Assembly (NCBI GenBank): GCA_000934665.2
Contig: KZ538682.1
Span: forward strand, 1 to 54,405
Source: Catajapyx aquilonaris
Taxonomy: Eukaryota
Reading direction: 5' to 3'
DNA length: 54,405 bases
The notes under the pieces were generated by a model. That model was given only the letters and a program-made list of their open reading frames with translations, was not told where the DNA came from and did not search any database. Shown here one piece after another: positions 25,201-37,200 of the stretch; position 1 is the first letter of the stretch; every line of letters starts with the position of its first letter. The position numbers and the translations under genes are program-made.

Positions 25201-25400
25201 GTGAAATAAGTTCTGAGAATCTTACCCTGAAAGGATATTTAGCTTGAAGTAAACACTTCTCCAGGAAGGATCTTTGGAAAGAAGGATACTGTTCATGATG
25301 ACGAGTTCCATGACTCTTTTAACCGTGGGTACCTTGAAATTCAGTCACCAGACGACTGACTCCAGGACCCAACAAACCTTGCAACAAACGAATCAATAGG
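23420..25400 (-). pseudogene. Decayed Academ (XPG-domain, AcademX-like) transposase gene
   Basis: Collinear minus-strand motifs across frameshifts: GPGVSRLVTEF, HHEQYPSFQ, FFVHENHIFPPPLS, DGVALIHMVNP..SFMEYS, DAVQHGA..IRSSDTHVLVLAV, ALRGFHPFSGCD, RGKKSAW, VNTTRKYLF..IHPTAVTLKQH. These match the recalled motif order of Academ transposase/XPG proteins. Confidence 0.78.
24859..25197 (+). mobile_element. tRNA-derived SINE inserted in the Academ relic
   Basis: A box GTGGCGGAGGGG, B box GGTTCGAATCCC, (TAT)n tail, 20-bp TSD ATAGTGAAATAAGTTCTGAG (24839-24858 and 25198-25217). Confidence 0.9.
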
Positions 25401-25410
25401 AACCTGAAAG

Positions 25411-25574
25411 CGACCACAAAAAATTACCACAAAAATTATAAAAAACTTATCACTCGAACTGTAATTTTTTAAATTATCTGCTCCGTGCATATAAGAAGAC
25501 ATGGCGAAAATTTGAAAAATTACAGTTCGAGTGATAAGTTTTTTATAATTTTTGTGGTAATTTTTTTGTGTTCG
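25411..25574. mobile_element. AT-rich MITE
   Basis: ~60-bp inverted arms (cacaaaaaattaccacaaaaattataaaaaacttatcactcgaactgtaatttt and its reverse complement). Confidence 0.75.
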
Positions 25575-25595
25575 ACGTTTACTTCTTGCCATAAA

Positions 25596-27097
25596 TCTAA
25601 TATATATAAAGCCCCACGCCGAGGAGGAGGAGGATGAAAAAGATTTCGCACTTCCCGGGGTCGGAGAGACGTCGGACTTACGCCGTTGGATTCCTTGCAC
25701 CCGATTTACAATGTCCAAAAATCCTCAAAACCGCGAATTTCCCAGCCGTTTTCGAGATCGCCAAATTAAATGTAGACGCAAACCCGAGATCGCGAAATTA
25801 ATGTATACCCCCAACTCCCCCGCTTCCCCGAGCGGCCTTGCCGGCAGATGGTCGTAAAGAAGGAGAACAATGGCCCACCCCCTCCCATACACCCCCTGGG
25901 ATTTGCTTACACTACTCAAACCTGGCGTGAGAATGATACGTCACAGACGGTCCCACCTGTCATCCCAAGCGTGTTTTGAACGATACGTCAGAGAGGGCAC
26001 GTTCGGAAACTCCTCATCGCTACCGGTGACGTCACTGATTTCTGTAACCGGATGGATCAGGCGGAACACGGGCATAGCGCCGAAGGCGCGCCAATTGGGG
26101 CGCAGCCCCAAGGGGGGGTGTGGGGGGGGNNNNNNNNNNNNNNNNNNNNNNNNCTCGCAAAGCGAGTCTAATATATATAAAGCCCCTAAACGAGGAGGAT
26201 ACATAGGAGGAGGAGGAGGATGAAAAAGATCTCCCACTTCCCGAGGTCGTACAGACCTCGGACTTACACCGTTGGATTCCTTGCCCCCGGTTTCCTATTT
26301 TCAAAAATCCTCATAATCGCAAAATTCCCAGCCGTTTTCGAGATCGCCAAATTAAATGTAGACGCAAACCCGAGATCGCGAAATTAATGTATCCGCAAAC
26401 TTTCCGAGAACAATAGCTCCATCCATCACCCGCTGACAGCTCACTCTAATCCCACCTAGCCGGGCCCAGATAGTTGCCCCAGGGTGCCAACAGACGAGAG
26501 CCACCATCGCCTGCACTAGCACCACCCACTTCCTCCCACGGGGGTGGGGGGGGGGGGGGGNGCTCGAATCCTCCTCCCCTACCCACCGCCGCCACCACGT
26601 CATCTGTTATTGCGTCATGTTGCCTTTTCACGATACGTCAGCTAGGGCGCATTCAGATTATACTCCACACCTTCAGTAGTGACGTCACGGGTTCTGTAAA
26701 CGGATACCACCTCGCTCCGACCGATTTTTGCGTAACAAGACTTGCTGTGTTCGGGTCGGAGAGTGTAGGAGGGAGTGTGGGGCGGCCGGCTGCACTTGCG
26801 CCGGCCGGACCTATTCGCGCCGAAGGCGCGCAAATCGGGCGCACTCATTGTTGTTGGTTGATTGGTGGTTGATTGGCTGGGTGGTGGGTTGGTTGATTGT
26901 TGCAGGTGTGGTATTTGTCATGCTTCATTGTTGACTCCGTTGACGACATACTCCAGGTTATTGTTGCCAGCTCTCTAGCGGTGCTGGGTAGGCCCGGGGG
27001 GGAACGCGTAGCGCCGAAGGCGCGCCAATTGGGGCGCAGCCCCAAGGGGGTGTGTGGGGGGGCGGAGCCCCCCCGCCTCGCAAAGCGAATTAATATT
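25596..27097 (+). mobile_element. Head-to-tail dimer of non-autonomous Helitron-like elements
   Basis: Units start TCTAATATATATAAAGCCC at 25596 (after an A) and at 26167, share ~200 bp of 5' sequence, and both end in GC hairpins (GCGCCGAAGGCGC ... CTCGCAAAGCGA). No terminal inverted repeats. An N gap lies in unit 1. Confidence 0.7.
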
Positions 27098-27599
27098 ATA
27101 AAGCATCAATTCGTGATGATTGCCTTTATTTCTTAATATTAATAGGTGAAAATGTAGGTTTTCGAGAATGGTTTTTTAAACAAAATGGGCAATATCTGCG
27201 CCTCTGTTGAACCCAGAATGACCGTTCCTTTTTCGGTTTGTAGAGTTATTCACGGCGCTTTCAACGGTACCTCACACTTTCAATTTGTACTGTACGTTTA
27301 AGCTTTAGAAATAAACAAACCTCTCCTTGGGGGTGATGCTCAACTTTTGACCAGTAGTGTAATCGAGTGTAATGCTCCGTGCGTAATGTCACCACTACTT
27401 GACCGGCAGGGCAATATGTGCGCATAACTACTGTTGTCATCCACATCGAAAATGACCAACTCAGGGCGAGCCATTTCCGTTAAATCGCTGTTCACGCAGT
27501 GCTTCGCCATTCAAATCACGCGCAAACCAGCAGATCCGACGCCTCAATCGACCGTCGCGACAACTGGTGGCCTTCCGGCGAACTGCTAAGCCCCGGACA

Positions 27600-27877
27600 C
27601 AAAAAATGCCAGGAAGCTGGCGTTCGGCTTACGGAGCTTTCCCCTCCATCTTACTACTCCGTGCCCGCGCTGCGGAGGCCCAGTATCCAACTTCGCCAGG
27701 TGGCCGGTGGCCGGGGCGGCGCGGCGCCATGCTCGATCAGACCTCGAATTTTTTCCCAATTTCGTCTCTTCCCCTCTTATTACAGTTCGTCTCAGAGATA
27801 AACGGATCGCATTCTCGGAATCAGGATTTTTTGCCTGATTTTTAGAGACCAACTTGTTTCTTGAGTGGACTGTCCCT
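27600..27877. mobile_element. One end of a DNA transposon, Kolobok-like (copy 2)
   Basis: Shares ggatcgcattctcggaatcaggattttttgcctgatt and the GTCCCT|TTAA end with the copy ending at 19663. Confidence 0.55.
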
Positions 27878-29184
27878 TTAATAAATCCTGGCCCCACGCT
27901 TCTAGTTCTATCTACCCATTAACTGAGGCTAAAAGTTATTTCGGTATAATGACGGCTTTACATGTCCGAAAGTAGCATGCATCACATATCGGCGATTTTT
28001 CATCTCCCGAGCGATATTGGACCAGGAACTAGACAGTTACGAGCCAAAAAAAAATCGTTAGATTTTGGACCTAAATATGTGAAGAACTCCTGGCGACTCG
28101 TACGTGCTTGGAAATGTCTCCCGAATGTGGATTGAGCAAGAGTTCAGCATGATCAGCAGTCACCCGTAAGGATTGCGTAGACCTATAGGCTACTAAAGGA
28201 ATACACTAGCGGCAGGGGCCCTCATGGCAAACAAATTAGGTTGGACAGAACGAGTCCCAACTGTAGAAGCTATCAACTCAGTCCGAATGGGAGAGAATTT
28301 TGCTAAGTAGCCTTCAGTATATAGGTCTACCTTGTTTTCCCAACCCGAAAAGGCTATGCTTCTCAGAAAAGGTCGTTAACATTTCATTGTAACCCCGGAT
28401 CTCACTCATTTCCGAATCGCTTCCTTAGGACAAAGAGGTTGTGGCATAGGCGAACGCTTTTAGGGGAGAGTACCCATGTTTGACCAACCGGAAATGGCAT
28501 GAAATTGGAAAGAGGCTGACGAGAGAGAGCACTCATTGGTCACTTCCGACCCGGATTACTTCCGTTACCTTCCAAAAGGTTTGCTACCGGACATCAAATG
28601 GAGAATGGTGGGGCATATGCCAGTGTGCTATGTGTGGAACTGCCACACTTGACTAGCAGGAAGTATTAGGTCTACTCTTAAATATGGTTATGTTTCCCTC
28701 AGTTCCGAACCTCCGATATAAAATACATGCACAGGGAAAAGGACTTTACAAGTAGAGCTACAGTAGAAAGCTGGGAACTGTATAGACACACAGACCATCT
28801 CTTGGAGCAGCTTTTGTGGCCCTTTTTGTTAGGGAAAATGCATTAGAGACTCATATACCTAGTGCCATTACTGAGGTGCTGTATACTGCTGGAGAAACTA
28901 ATCTTAAGACCTTGTACTCTTGTAGCATCATATTCCGTCAGAGAATCTGCATTGGGGAAGTGAAGACACAAGTTGACTTTCCCCAAAGTTTTGCAGAAAT
29001 AATATCGTATCCTGTCCCCAGTAGTAAGAGTGGGCATCATGGCCGAGGAGTGTTTTTGTATATACTGTATACAGTACATATTATACATACAGGTCTGGAA
29101 ACTAACCCCCTTATCGCGTGGATCTCCAGAGTCCCATCCGGCCCACGGCCATAGAAGATAAGGTCTGGACACTCCCACCTACCC

Positions 29185-29485
29185 CCTGCCGACGAGTTTT
29201 GCAGAAGGTGCTCACTTGAGAGCGCCACGAGACATTTCACTCTCCGTTTAACTGGCGACCCTACCGGACTAACGCTGAACTTTATAGGTACAAAACTAAC
29301 AAAAGGGAAGCGCTACACTGGTGGACCCAACATGGTCGCCGGCGGCCATTTTGTGCCCACATGTAGCGCTTCCTTTTTGTACCTATAAAGTTCAGCGTTA
29401 GTCCGGTAGGATCGCCAGTTAAACGGAGAGTGAAATGTCTCATGGCGCTCTCAAGTGAGCACCTTCTGCAAAACGCGTCGGCAGG
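29185..29485. mobile_element. Foldback MITE
   Basis: Outer ~108-bp arms are nearly perfect reverse complements and pairing continues to the centre. Confidence 0.85.
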
Positions 29486-29530
29486 TGATAACAGCAAAAG
29501 GTAGTATGAGTGTCCGGGGGCTGATCCGGC

Positions 29531-29771
29531 CAGGGTCCCCTACATGGTTGCCTCCCCCACCCTAACCAGGGTATTGTCTTCACGTAGTCCTTATGCAATC
29601 TAGCTCCAATATGGCCGCCCCATGCTGCAGGATAGGGAATTGGCAAGCGATTCGTTTTTGTTTTTTTTCAATTTTTTTTCACTGCATGTAGCTCCTATGT
29701 GAATTAGCTCCAATATGGCGGAGAGACAATACCCTGTCTAGGTGGGGGAGGCACTCATGTAGGTGACCCTG
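29531..29771. mobile_element. hAT-type MITE
   Basis: CAGGGT...ACCCTG termini with ~50-bp imperfect TIRs and an 8-bp TSD GATCCGGC (29523-29530 and 29772-29779). Confidence 0.88.
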
Positions 29772-30543
29772 GATCCGGCCGCTCATTGCATGAGTATCAT
29801 ACAGCCCCTAGACACTTCTATCCCAGCGCAATAGAAAAGGCTGATCCGTTATTCCTTCCCGCAGCGGCGCTAGTAAAAACAATGGAATCTCGCTGTGCGT
29901 GTCGTTCATTCGCCATAAAAACTCCATTCGCCATAACCCTCCTCCCGATTACTAGGTTTATCAGCGACCCCCCTCCCGATTACTACCGATAGCGTATACC
30001 AAGATGGCCGCAATATGTGAGATGTTCACGATCCAGTTCACATCATGGCGACCTCCAGTCAGCGCCACGGCGGGATTGAGTAACGGATCGCAAGATGGCG
30101 GGGAGTTTCCCGACCTATCCTTCTAGACCGTGGTATCATACATGGAGCGACACCCCTCATTGCGACGAAAATTATTACTATTAATTCAGAACGGATCATG
30201 AGAACGTGGATGTGAACATGCCCAGTGCACATAAGGAACGAACGGACCATGCCTACTAGATTTGAATGGGCTGTTTGGGAGTCTTGGTCCGCCGCGTTCC
30301 GCCACCATATTCGCTGTGTGTCGCCTTGTGGTTAAAGTAACTAAAGGAACGGGCCAAAAGCGCCGTAGCTAAAGCGATGCGGCATTCCACCTAACTACTG
30401 ATATGCCGATCTAAGGTCACGGGGGGAGGGGGAGGGGGGACCTATGTGAAAAAAATAGAGTTGCACTGGGGTGGTGGGCATGTTGGACAGGTAAGTGACA
30501 TTGCATATGTGTATTGTAGTACACAAAATGAATGACAACATAC

Positions 30544-30778
30544 CTTGGTAGCTTCCTCTTTGAGACGCGTGTGCTCAGCGATGAACCTGACGCAAAAGCA
30601 CGTGCGATGCACCTCTGGTGGGCACTGACTGTGAGTGAATCGGGGTGCTGGGGCTGGTGGAGGCGGAGGGGGTGGTCCTTTATCTTCCACCTCCTCCGCT
30701 TGGAGGACCATGGAGCCGTGCAGTGAGCCGTGGATCTTGCAACTGGAGGCCGCCGCCAGGGGCCCGCCGTCCGCCAGG
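30544..30778 (-). CDS. nAChRalpha4: nAChR alpha4 exon: distal cytoplasmic loop and amphipathic (MA) helix
   Basis: LADGGPLAAASSCKIHG...RFTHSQCPPEVHRTCFCVRFIAEHTRLKEEATK. Strong polypyrimidine acceptor cctgttttccttgtcttccttag|C, donor AAG|gtatgt; 235 bp, phase 2-0. CPPEVH..CFCVRFIAEHT is alpha4-typical. Confidence 0.92.
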
Positions 30779-32016
30779 CTAAGGAAGACAAGGAAAACAG
30801 GGACGGCCACGACACACCTACACAGCATTACTGTCCGTCATGGATGCATCTCAGGGCCGGTTGTAACATTACACATTGTTTTTATGATAGTCATGCAACA
30901 CCTGAGGTAGAGGCTTCTCATTACACTTCGTTACTATTGTTGAATTATGCAATGAAAATACGAGTATGAAGAGTCTTCTTTTATCTGATGTAGTAGCCTA
31001 CTGTACAATCTACCATGAGCGCAAGACTTCTATAGTTTTAAGTGCAACAAATCTACATTCCTATAATTTAAGTGCATTCCTGGTCAAGCATGTTTAAATC
31101 TCTGCAAATTCTACACCTACAGAGCTAAACCGTTATCGTATACTTACATTTGAGATATAAAATCCGGATTTTCACTGTAGGATAAAGTGAGTGTGAAAAT
31201 CTAATTTACTTTTTCTCTGCGAGAGATTAAGTTTTGAGTATAAAAGAGTTGCACGCATTAGAGGCATGCTGAAATGCAAGTTCCTATGGTGCACTAGGCT
31301 GAGATTTTCACTTATGATGATATAGGGATACCAATTTCTCTCTGCAGGACGTTTATTTTGCTCCGGGTTATGAAATGTTTGATGAAAAGGATAATAAGAG
31401 AGTGAAAAAAAGAGTGACAGCTATGATTGCAAAAGAGCCACACACAATTTATTGAGATACAAGTGTCAAAATTCTTTGAACTTGAAAGGGCCGAAAGAAA
31501 GAATGAGAAATTCGAAAAATTTCATTTCAATATTGTTAGCAATGGTAAATGAGAGCCAAATATTTTGAGCTGTATCTTGCTTATAAAAATTAACATTTAA
31601 TGACATACGAGGTTTCCCATTGCAGAGTATTGCATATTTATTGACTTCGTTAGTATCATTAGGAAAACAACATTCAGTTCTAAAATTTGGGCTTCCCCAA
31701 CCATAGACACAAAAATGAATATTAAAATGCCCGTGTATTTTAACAAACTCCTGCAGGTTTCGAAAATTGAAAAAATGGTAAATTCGCAATATTTTGACAC
31801 CTTTATCTCAGTTGATGGCCACTTTTTTCAGTTATAGCTTACACGTTTTTCATTCCCACTGTATCATTCTTCCGCCCAAAATCTTCGTGCCAGACCCAAC
31901 CAGGTGCCCTACAGATGTAACACGCTAGCATTCTTTCCTGAGATTATGTATGATTTTGCACTTATTTTGTGCTGTCTGTAACCCCAGAAATTGTTGAAAA
32001 GCAACTACAGTACTAC

Positions 32017-32182
32017 ATGTACTATGGGGCTCAAATTGTTTTGGCCACTTTATCCTGGTCTTGAGCAACCCTTCGCACAGGCCCCACGTTGAGCTATGTG
32101 TGTGTGGGGGTGTGTGTGTGTGTGAAGGGTTGCTTCAAGACGAGGATAAAACGGCCAAAACAATTTGAGCCCCATAGTACAT
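32017..32182. mobile_element. MITE (second, truncated copy at 50178-50297)
   Basis: ~55-bp TIRs starting atgtactatggggctcaaattgttttggcc. Confidence 0.82.
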
Positions 32183-32344
32183 TGACTAATATGCCATTAG
32201 CACAAGCTGTAGTTCTCCAGTTCTCTTGCGCAAAAAGTGAAGATAATTTAGTCGTCATCTCTCAGATTAAAGAAGTCGTAGGTTTCATGGAAACTTCACA
32301 GCAGGGATATAACTTATCTTGCGATAGGAGTATATGGTAAAGTA

Positions 32345-32707
32345 AAGGGAGGCGGAGTGGCGCTGCGGTAACGCACGCGCCCACGGATGTTAAGGTCCCT
32401 GGTTCTATCCCAGCCCGGGGACACCCCCTTCATCTCGTGGAGAGTTTGGGCCATCTCTGGCTTCGTCTCGTGTGGGACTCCTTACACTAACCACCCGGGT
32501 GAGTTCACAAAATGACCTCACCCACGACATGCACTTTGCACATCCCCTCCTATAGTCACCCTGCCCGTGGGCCAGGGCCCTTCGTCAAAGGTTCCAATTG
32601 TGATGTACTGTACGTTGTACAAGTTAATAAATAAAGGTCCGTGCAATACCCCAAGAGGGTCCAAGCACTACCCGGATTTATTTATTTATTTATTTTTTAT
32701 TTATTTT
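32345..32707 (+). mobile_element. tRNA-derived SINE
   Basis: A box GTGGCGCTGCGG, B-box-like GGTTCTATCCC, (TTTA)n tail, 12-bp TSD TATGGTAAAGTA. A related head fragment lies at ~22695-22745 on the minus strand. Confidence 0.85.
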
Positions 32708-32952
32708 TATGGTAAAGTATGTCCAATGGCGGGACAAATGAATAAGCTTCCGGACGTTGTGTCGAAAAAAATAGGAAATGGTGTGTGCATTCGTGCATCC
32801 AATTGGCATGTTTCCACGCAAATAAAATCATATTGCTAAAATGTGCTTACAAGTTTATTTACCCTACTTATTGATTCTCTCTTGTACAAAATGCGGATCT
32901 GGAAGCTAATGGCAAGCAATAAAGCTTTGTTATGTATCTAAAGCTTCGACTT

Positions 32953-33305
32953 GGGGGGAGGCGTTGTGGCCGAGTTGATAACCACTCGGCTTGCTGTGCG
33001 AAAGGTCCTGGGTTCGATCCCCGCCTGGGAGTTCCCTTTCGCCTGCGTCAGGAGCATGGCGTGCTCAGGAGTGTCCCTGACCGCCGCCTTGGAGGCGTCT
33101 GGCAATCTAAACTCCAGGGAGACTGCATATGACCCATTTTCCGACATTTCACTAGCACCCGTGTCTCCTCCCCGCAAACTCCCCATCCCTACCTCGTCAT
33201 GTCCTTTCTTCCCTGCACAGAGTTCAAAGAAAAATATTAAAATTGAATGGAAAAATATGGTGGTGTTCCATCCTCCTAAGAGGGCCTCTGGCCCTATTAC
33301 AGGGT

Positions 33306-33385
<80 letters not shown>

Positions 33386-33402
33386 AATAATAATAATAAT
33401 AA
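32953..33402 (+). mobile_element. tRNA-derived SINE
   Basis: A box GTGGCCGAGTTG, B box GGTTCGATCCC, (GAT)n(AAT)n tail, 14-bp TSD TAAAGCTTCGACTT. Confidence 0.9.
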
Positions 33403-33957
33403 TAAAGCTTCGACTTTGTTCTGGATTGAGCCATATATAGTGATTAGGGATAGAATGCGAATCTAAACCAATAAGTTTTAAAAGCTGGGCATCAGAGTGA
33501 AACTAATGGAGGATCCAGGTGTTGCATGCATCTGGCAATCGTTCATAAAGCTATTTCACTTCCTCCTTTCCACTCCTTTTGTGTCAACATTCATGAAAAA
33601 TCCATCATGGTCTATGGAAAAGCACTGCTCTGGAAATCTTTTGCTATTGATAGCGGCCCCGAACGCTTTTGTGACCGTATAGAATGTGTGTCACAATATA
33701 GAGCCGCCTAGAGCAATAATCTAATTGAATGTGTGTTGAATGATATACAGATTTCCTCCTCACGATGTGAAAAAGTAACTTAAATTATTTTCACAAAATA
33801 ATGCTTCAGACCTTCATGGCCAAAAATAAATTAAGCTTGTAGAAAGAGTCCACATGCTAAACGATCAGCACACTTTTAATGGGCCAACTTGGCCAGATGC
33901 TCCCCATGTTTAATGCCGGGAGTTTTTCTCTACAGACGGAATGAATAATTATATACG

Positions 33958-34260
33958 GGAAGCATGGTGGTCTGGTGGTTACGCCACTGGCCAGCCAAGC
34001 GGGAGGCCGGGGTTCAAATCCCGTTCCAGTCACCTCGGCTTGGCCGGGTCTTTTTCCGCTTTTCACCCGACATGCCGGGGCAGAATTGCACTCCCTACTC
34101 TGCCCAGGGCCAGGAGAAAAAGTCTGGTGTATTTCAGAAAGTCAGAAATGACTACCGCACAGCACCTCCCTTGGGAACCTCCCCTTCCCCCCTAAGAGGG
34201 CCTCGGGCCCTATCATGGCCTATCAAAGTAACAACAACAACAACAACAACAATAATAATA
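33958..34260 (+). mobile_element. tRNA-derived SINE
   Basis: A box GTGGTCTGGTGG, B box GGTTCAAATCCC, (AAC)n(AAT)n tail, TSD ATATACG. Confidence 0.85.
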
Positions 34261-37200
34261 ATATACGTATAAGGATCTAGAACCTCGCTAATGTCAAGGA
34301 AGCTAGGTTGCCAGCAGCGTAGCTACCAGTGAGAATTCCGCCTACTCCAGTACGATGAGATCACTAATGAGGTATAACGCACTCAGAGTCAGTATACTGA
34401 GGGATTGAAGGGCACAATGTCTAGTTGTATACCCTCTAAGAGCATATTTAACTCCAGCAATCTAGCCTATTAGTAATATTACATTACAATCTAGGACAAG
34501 CCGCTAACAGAACTGGAATTACTGAAAGCTCTTCAACGTAACAATGGTTAATTTGACCAGAATTGGTAAAGGACCAGCCAGGAAGGCAGAAAATAATAAA
34601 AAATAATCCTGGGAGTGGTGAGTTGTGCGGCTTCGCTATACCATTCTCCACTGCCTTTGGTGAGCCAAATCATAATACGTCGAAAAGGGAAGCTTTCCAA
34701 ATGGAACACAAAAGTTTTGTGTACTTTTGTTGGCTTGTCAAAATGGCTCTGACATCAATCTTGCTGGGGAAGCTTTTGTAGATCAATTTTTCTTGCCTGC
34801 GGGTTCTACTTGTGATTTGTCTGAGACAAATATGCTCACCGTATTCCAAGAAGAACGGTAGGAGGAAGCCTGCAGGCGAACCAATAGGGGGATGAAAAAT
34901 AGATCCGGTTTTGTTTTTTCATATATCAAGTCAGTGTTAGCAGACTTGGTCTTCTTTAGTCAGGTCCGGAACACTTGCCAGGCAAGAAAAACCTGTATAA
35001 CCGCCAAGTTACAGGTCTATTAGCCCCCCCGGTCTCCCCAATCAGTTGCTTTTGTTCAGTTGTTTTGTTTCTTTTGGACCATACATCATAAGCTTAAACG
35101 GGCCCGCTGTGATACGCTGATGACATACTTGTATAGTCCCAGAGTGACAGTTGGACGCAGGCAATGCAATGATAATGGAAGAGACGCGTACTTTAAAAAC
35201 GAAGCTAATCAAGACAGCACCTACATATGCCGTACTATGTGTCCATATGGCAGTAAAAGAATGGTAATTACTGTGCTTCCTGACAGCTACAGTTCACTTA
35301 ACTAACAATATCTCAACGGCTCACTAGATTGTGCTGATGCATGTTCCACGTGGCAGGGAATTAAATCGTAAACTACCTCCGAGACAATAAATTACTCTTC
35401 ATGGTCATTCAGCTAAATGCACCTAAATGGGTGAAGAATTGCCTTTTAACAGGCGGCATTATTTTTGGCGGCCTGCCTTGTTACAAATAATGATATCCAA
35501 GGAGATAATAAGCGTAATTTAATAATGGAAAGTTACCTGTTCAGCACACGCCATTATGGGGCACCTCTACTAAAGCTTCAAATGCATGTCTGCTGTAAAG
35601 CTACGGACTGAACCCATATTAGGCTTACTTACCTGTTACATAACTCATTGCCCAACGTGCTCCATCCCCACTAGCAAATCACATCCTGAAGTAGAATGAT
35701 TTTGGTACTATTAATCCTGAATGGTTTGTGCCCTTATCCTTGTCGGACTCTCTAATTGTCATGATTACACTCAAATGCGAAGCTGCGACTAGACCTTTTT
35801 ATGGTCACCATTATCGCTCTGAACAAATAAAATATTATGGCAAAATATTAACGAAGGAATATTATTTTACATTCGATATTTTCCCCTCGACGATTATCCT
35901 CCAGTTGAGATAAGACTGTTTAGCTAACTGCGGTCGATAACTCACATAGGCAGGTAGGGCGATTACTTGACCTCCATTGCAAATCCAAGAGAGCTTACTA
36001 AGTTTAAGTGTCTGGGGCAGAAATTAAGTTTTGGTCCCATTCCCACATAATGACAAGAAATTTCCTGATGGTTACGCCACCGCCAATGACCCGTTGCAAC
36101 TAACCTACAGGGTATTCTGTCAATAATGTTGATATCTCCAAAACTTAATTTCCGCCACACGAATGAAACGAATGAACTAACTCTGCTATCATCTTGTTCC
36201 TGTCTTGTTCTTTCTGTTTCTCCACCATAAAAAGCAGAAAAGTGTGAGTGAGCGTGCGACAAAATAATTCATTGTAATCAGGTACTTCAGTCTTGAAAAT
36301 GTATATCCTTTATCTTTGTTAGAATTCTTTTTTTAGTGCTATGATTTCCAATTTTTCCTTGCGTTTAGACACTCAAATATTGGCTCTTAATTTCAAATGG
36401 AACATTCAATAATCTCGGAAAGGAACCGTTGAGCCGAAATATTATGCGGGATTGCGGCCTATTCATATACATTACGTATACATATACATAATGATACATT
36501 TACTTTCGAATAGGATTGACGCAGACTTTGTTGCTCAATGCGCAGAGAAGGACACCAATCATACTACCAGAGCATAAATTGTTGACCTAGCCAGATGTTG
36601 AGAAAAACAACAACTTGAGAATGATCAAAATAGCCAGAAGTGGAATGGAAGGCGGACCAAGTCCTGTGATCAATTTGTCTGGCGACCATAACGTGGTCGT
36701 TTCGTGGAGTTGCGTTCAGCCAGTAAGCAAGAGAGTGAGCGTGAGTCGAGGTTCCCAAACATTTATGCCAAACGAGATTAAGAAGCACATAAGCTTATTT
36801 AAAAATAACAAAACCACGAATACGCCACAAAAAGTGACATAAGGTACAGCATGCAAAGAAAGGCAAAATCAGAGTGAACAACATTGAAGACATGAAATTA
36901 TATTCAAATAATAGTAATTTTAGCACTTTTCCCGACATCATGGTTTTGTCCGCAGTTCGGCAATACGGTACCCTGCTATATTTTAATGTACTCTAACCAG
37001 AGTTTAACGTAGCCTTGGTGGTTAGCGTTGGAATGAGACAAGTACTGTGATACGACGTCAGAAGTTCCGAACAGCCCGGAACCTCCTCGTTAAACAAGCA
37101 GCGAATAATTCACCAATTGCAATCAATATCAGGCTCCAAACACGTATGGTGCTAATTACAGCCACGTTTTGTAACTCAAAGACAAGAATGGTTTCGCCAA

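Noticed and set aside
32951..33466. ORFs with poly-Asp/Met/Asn runs (similar poly-Ile/Asn/Leu ORFs at 9411-9706 and 24959-25201)
   Set aside because: Translations of SINE tails and microsatellites.
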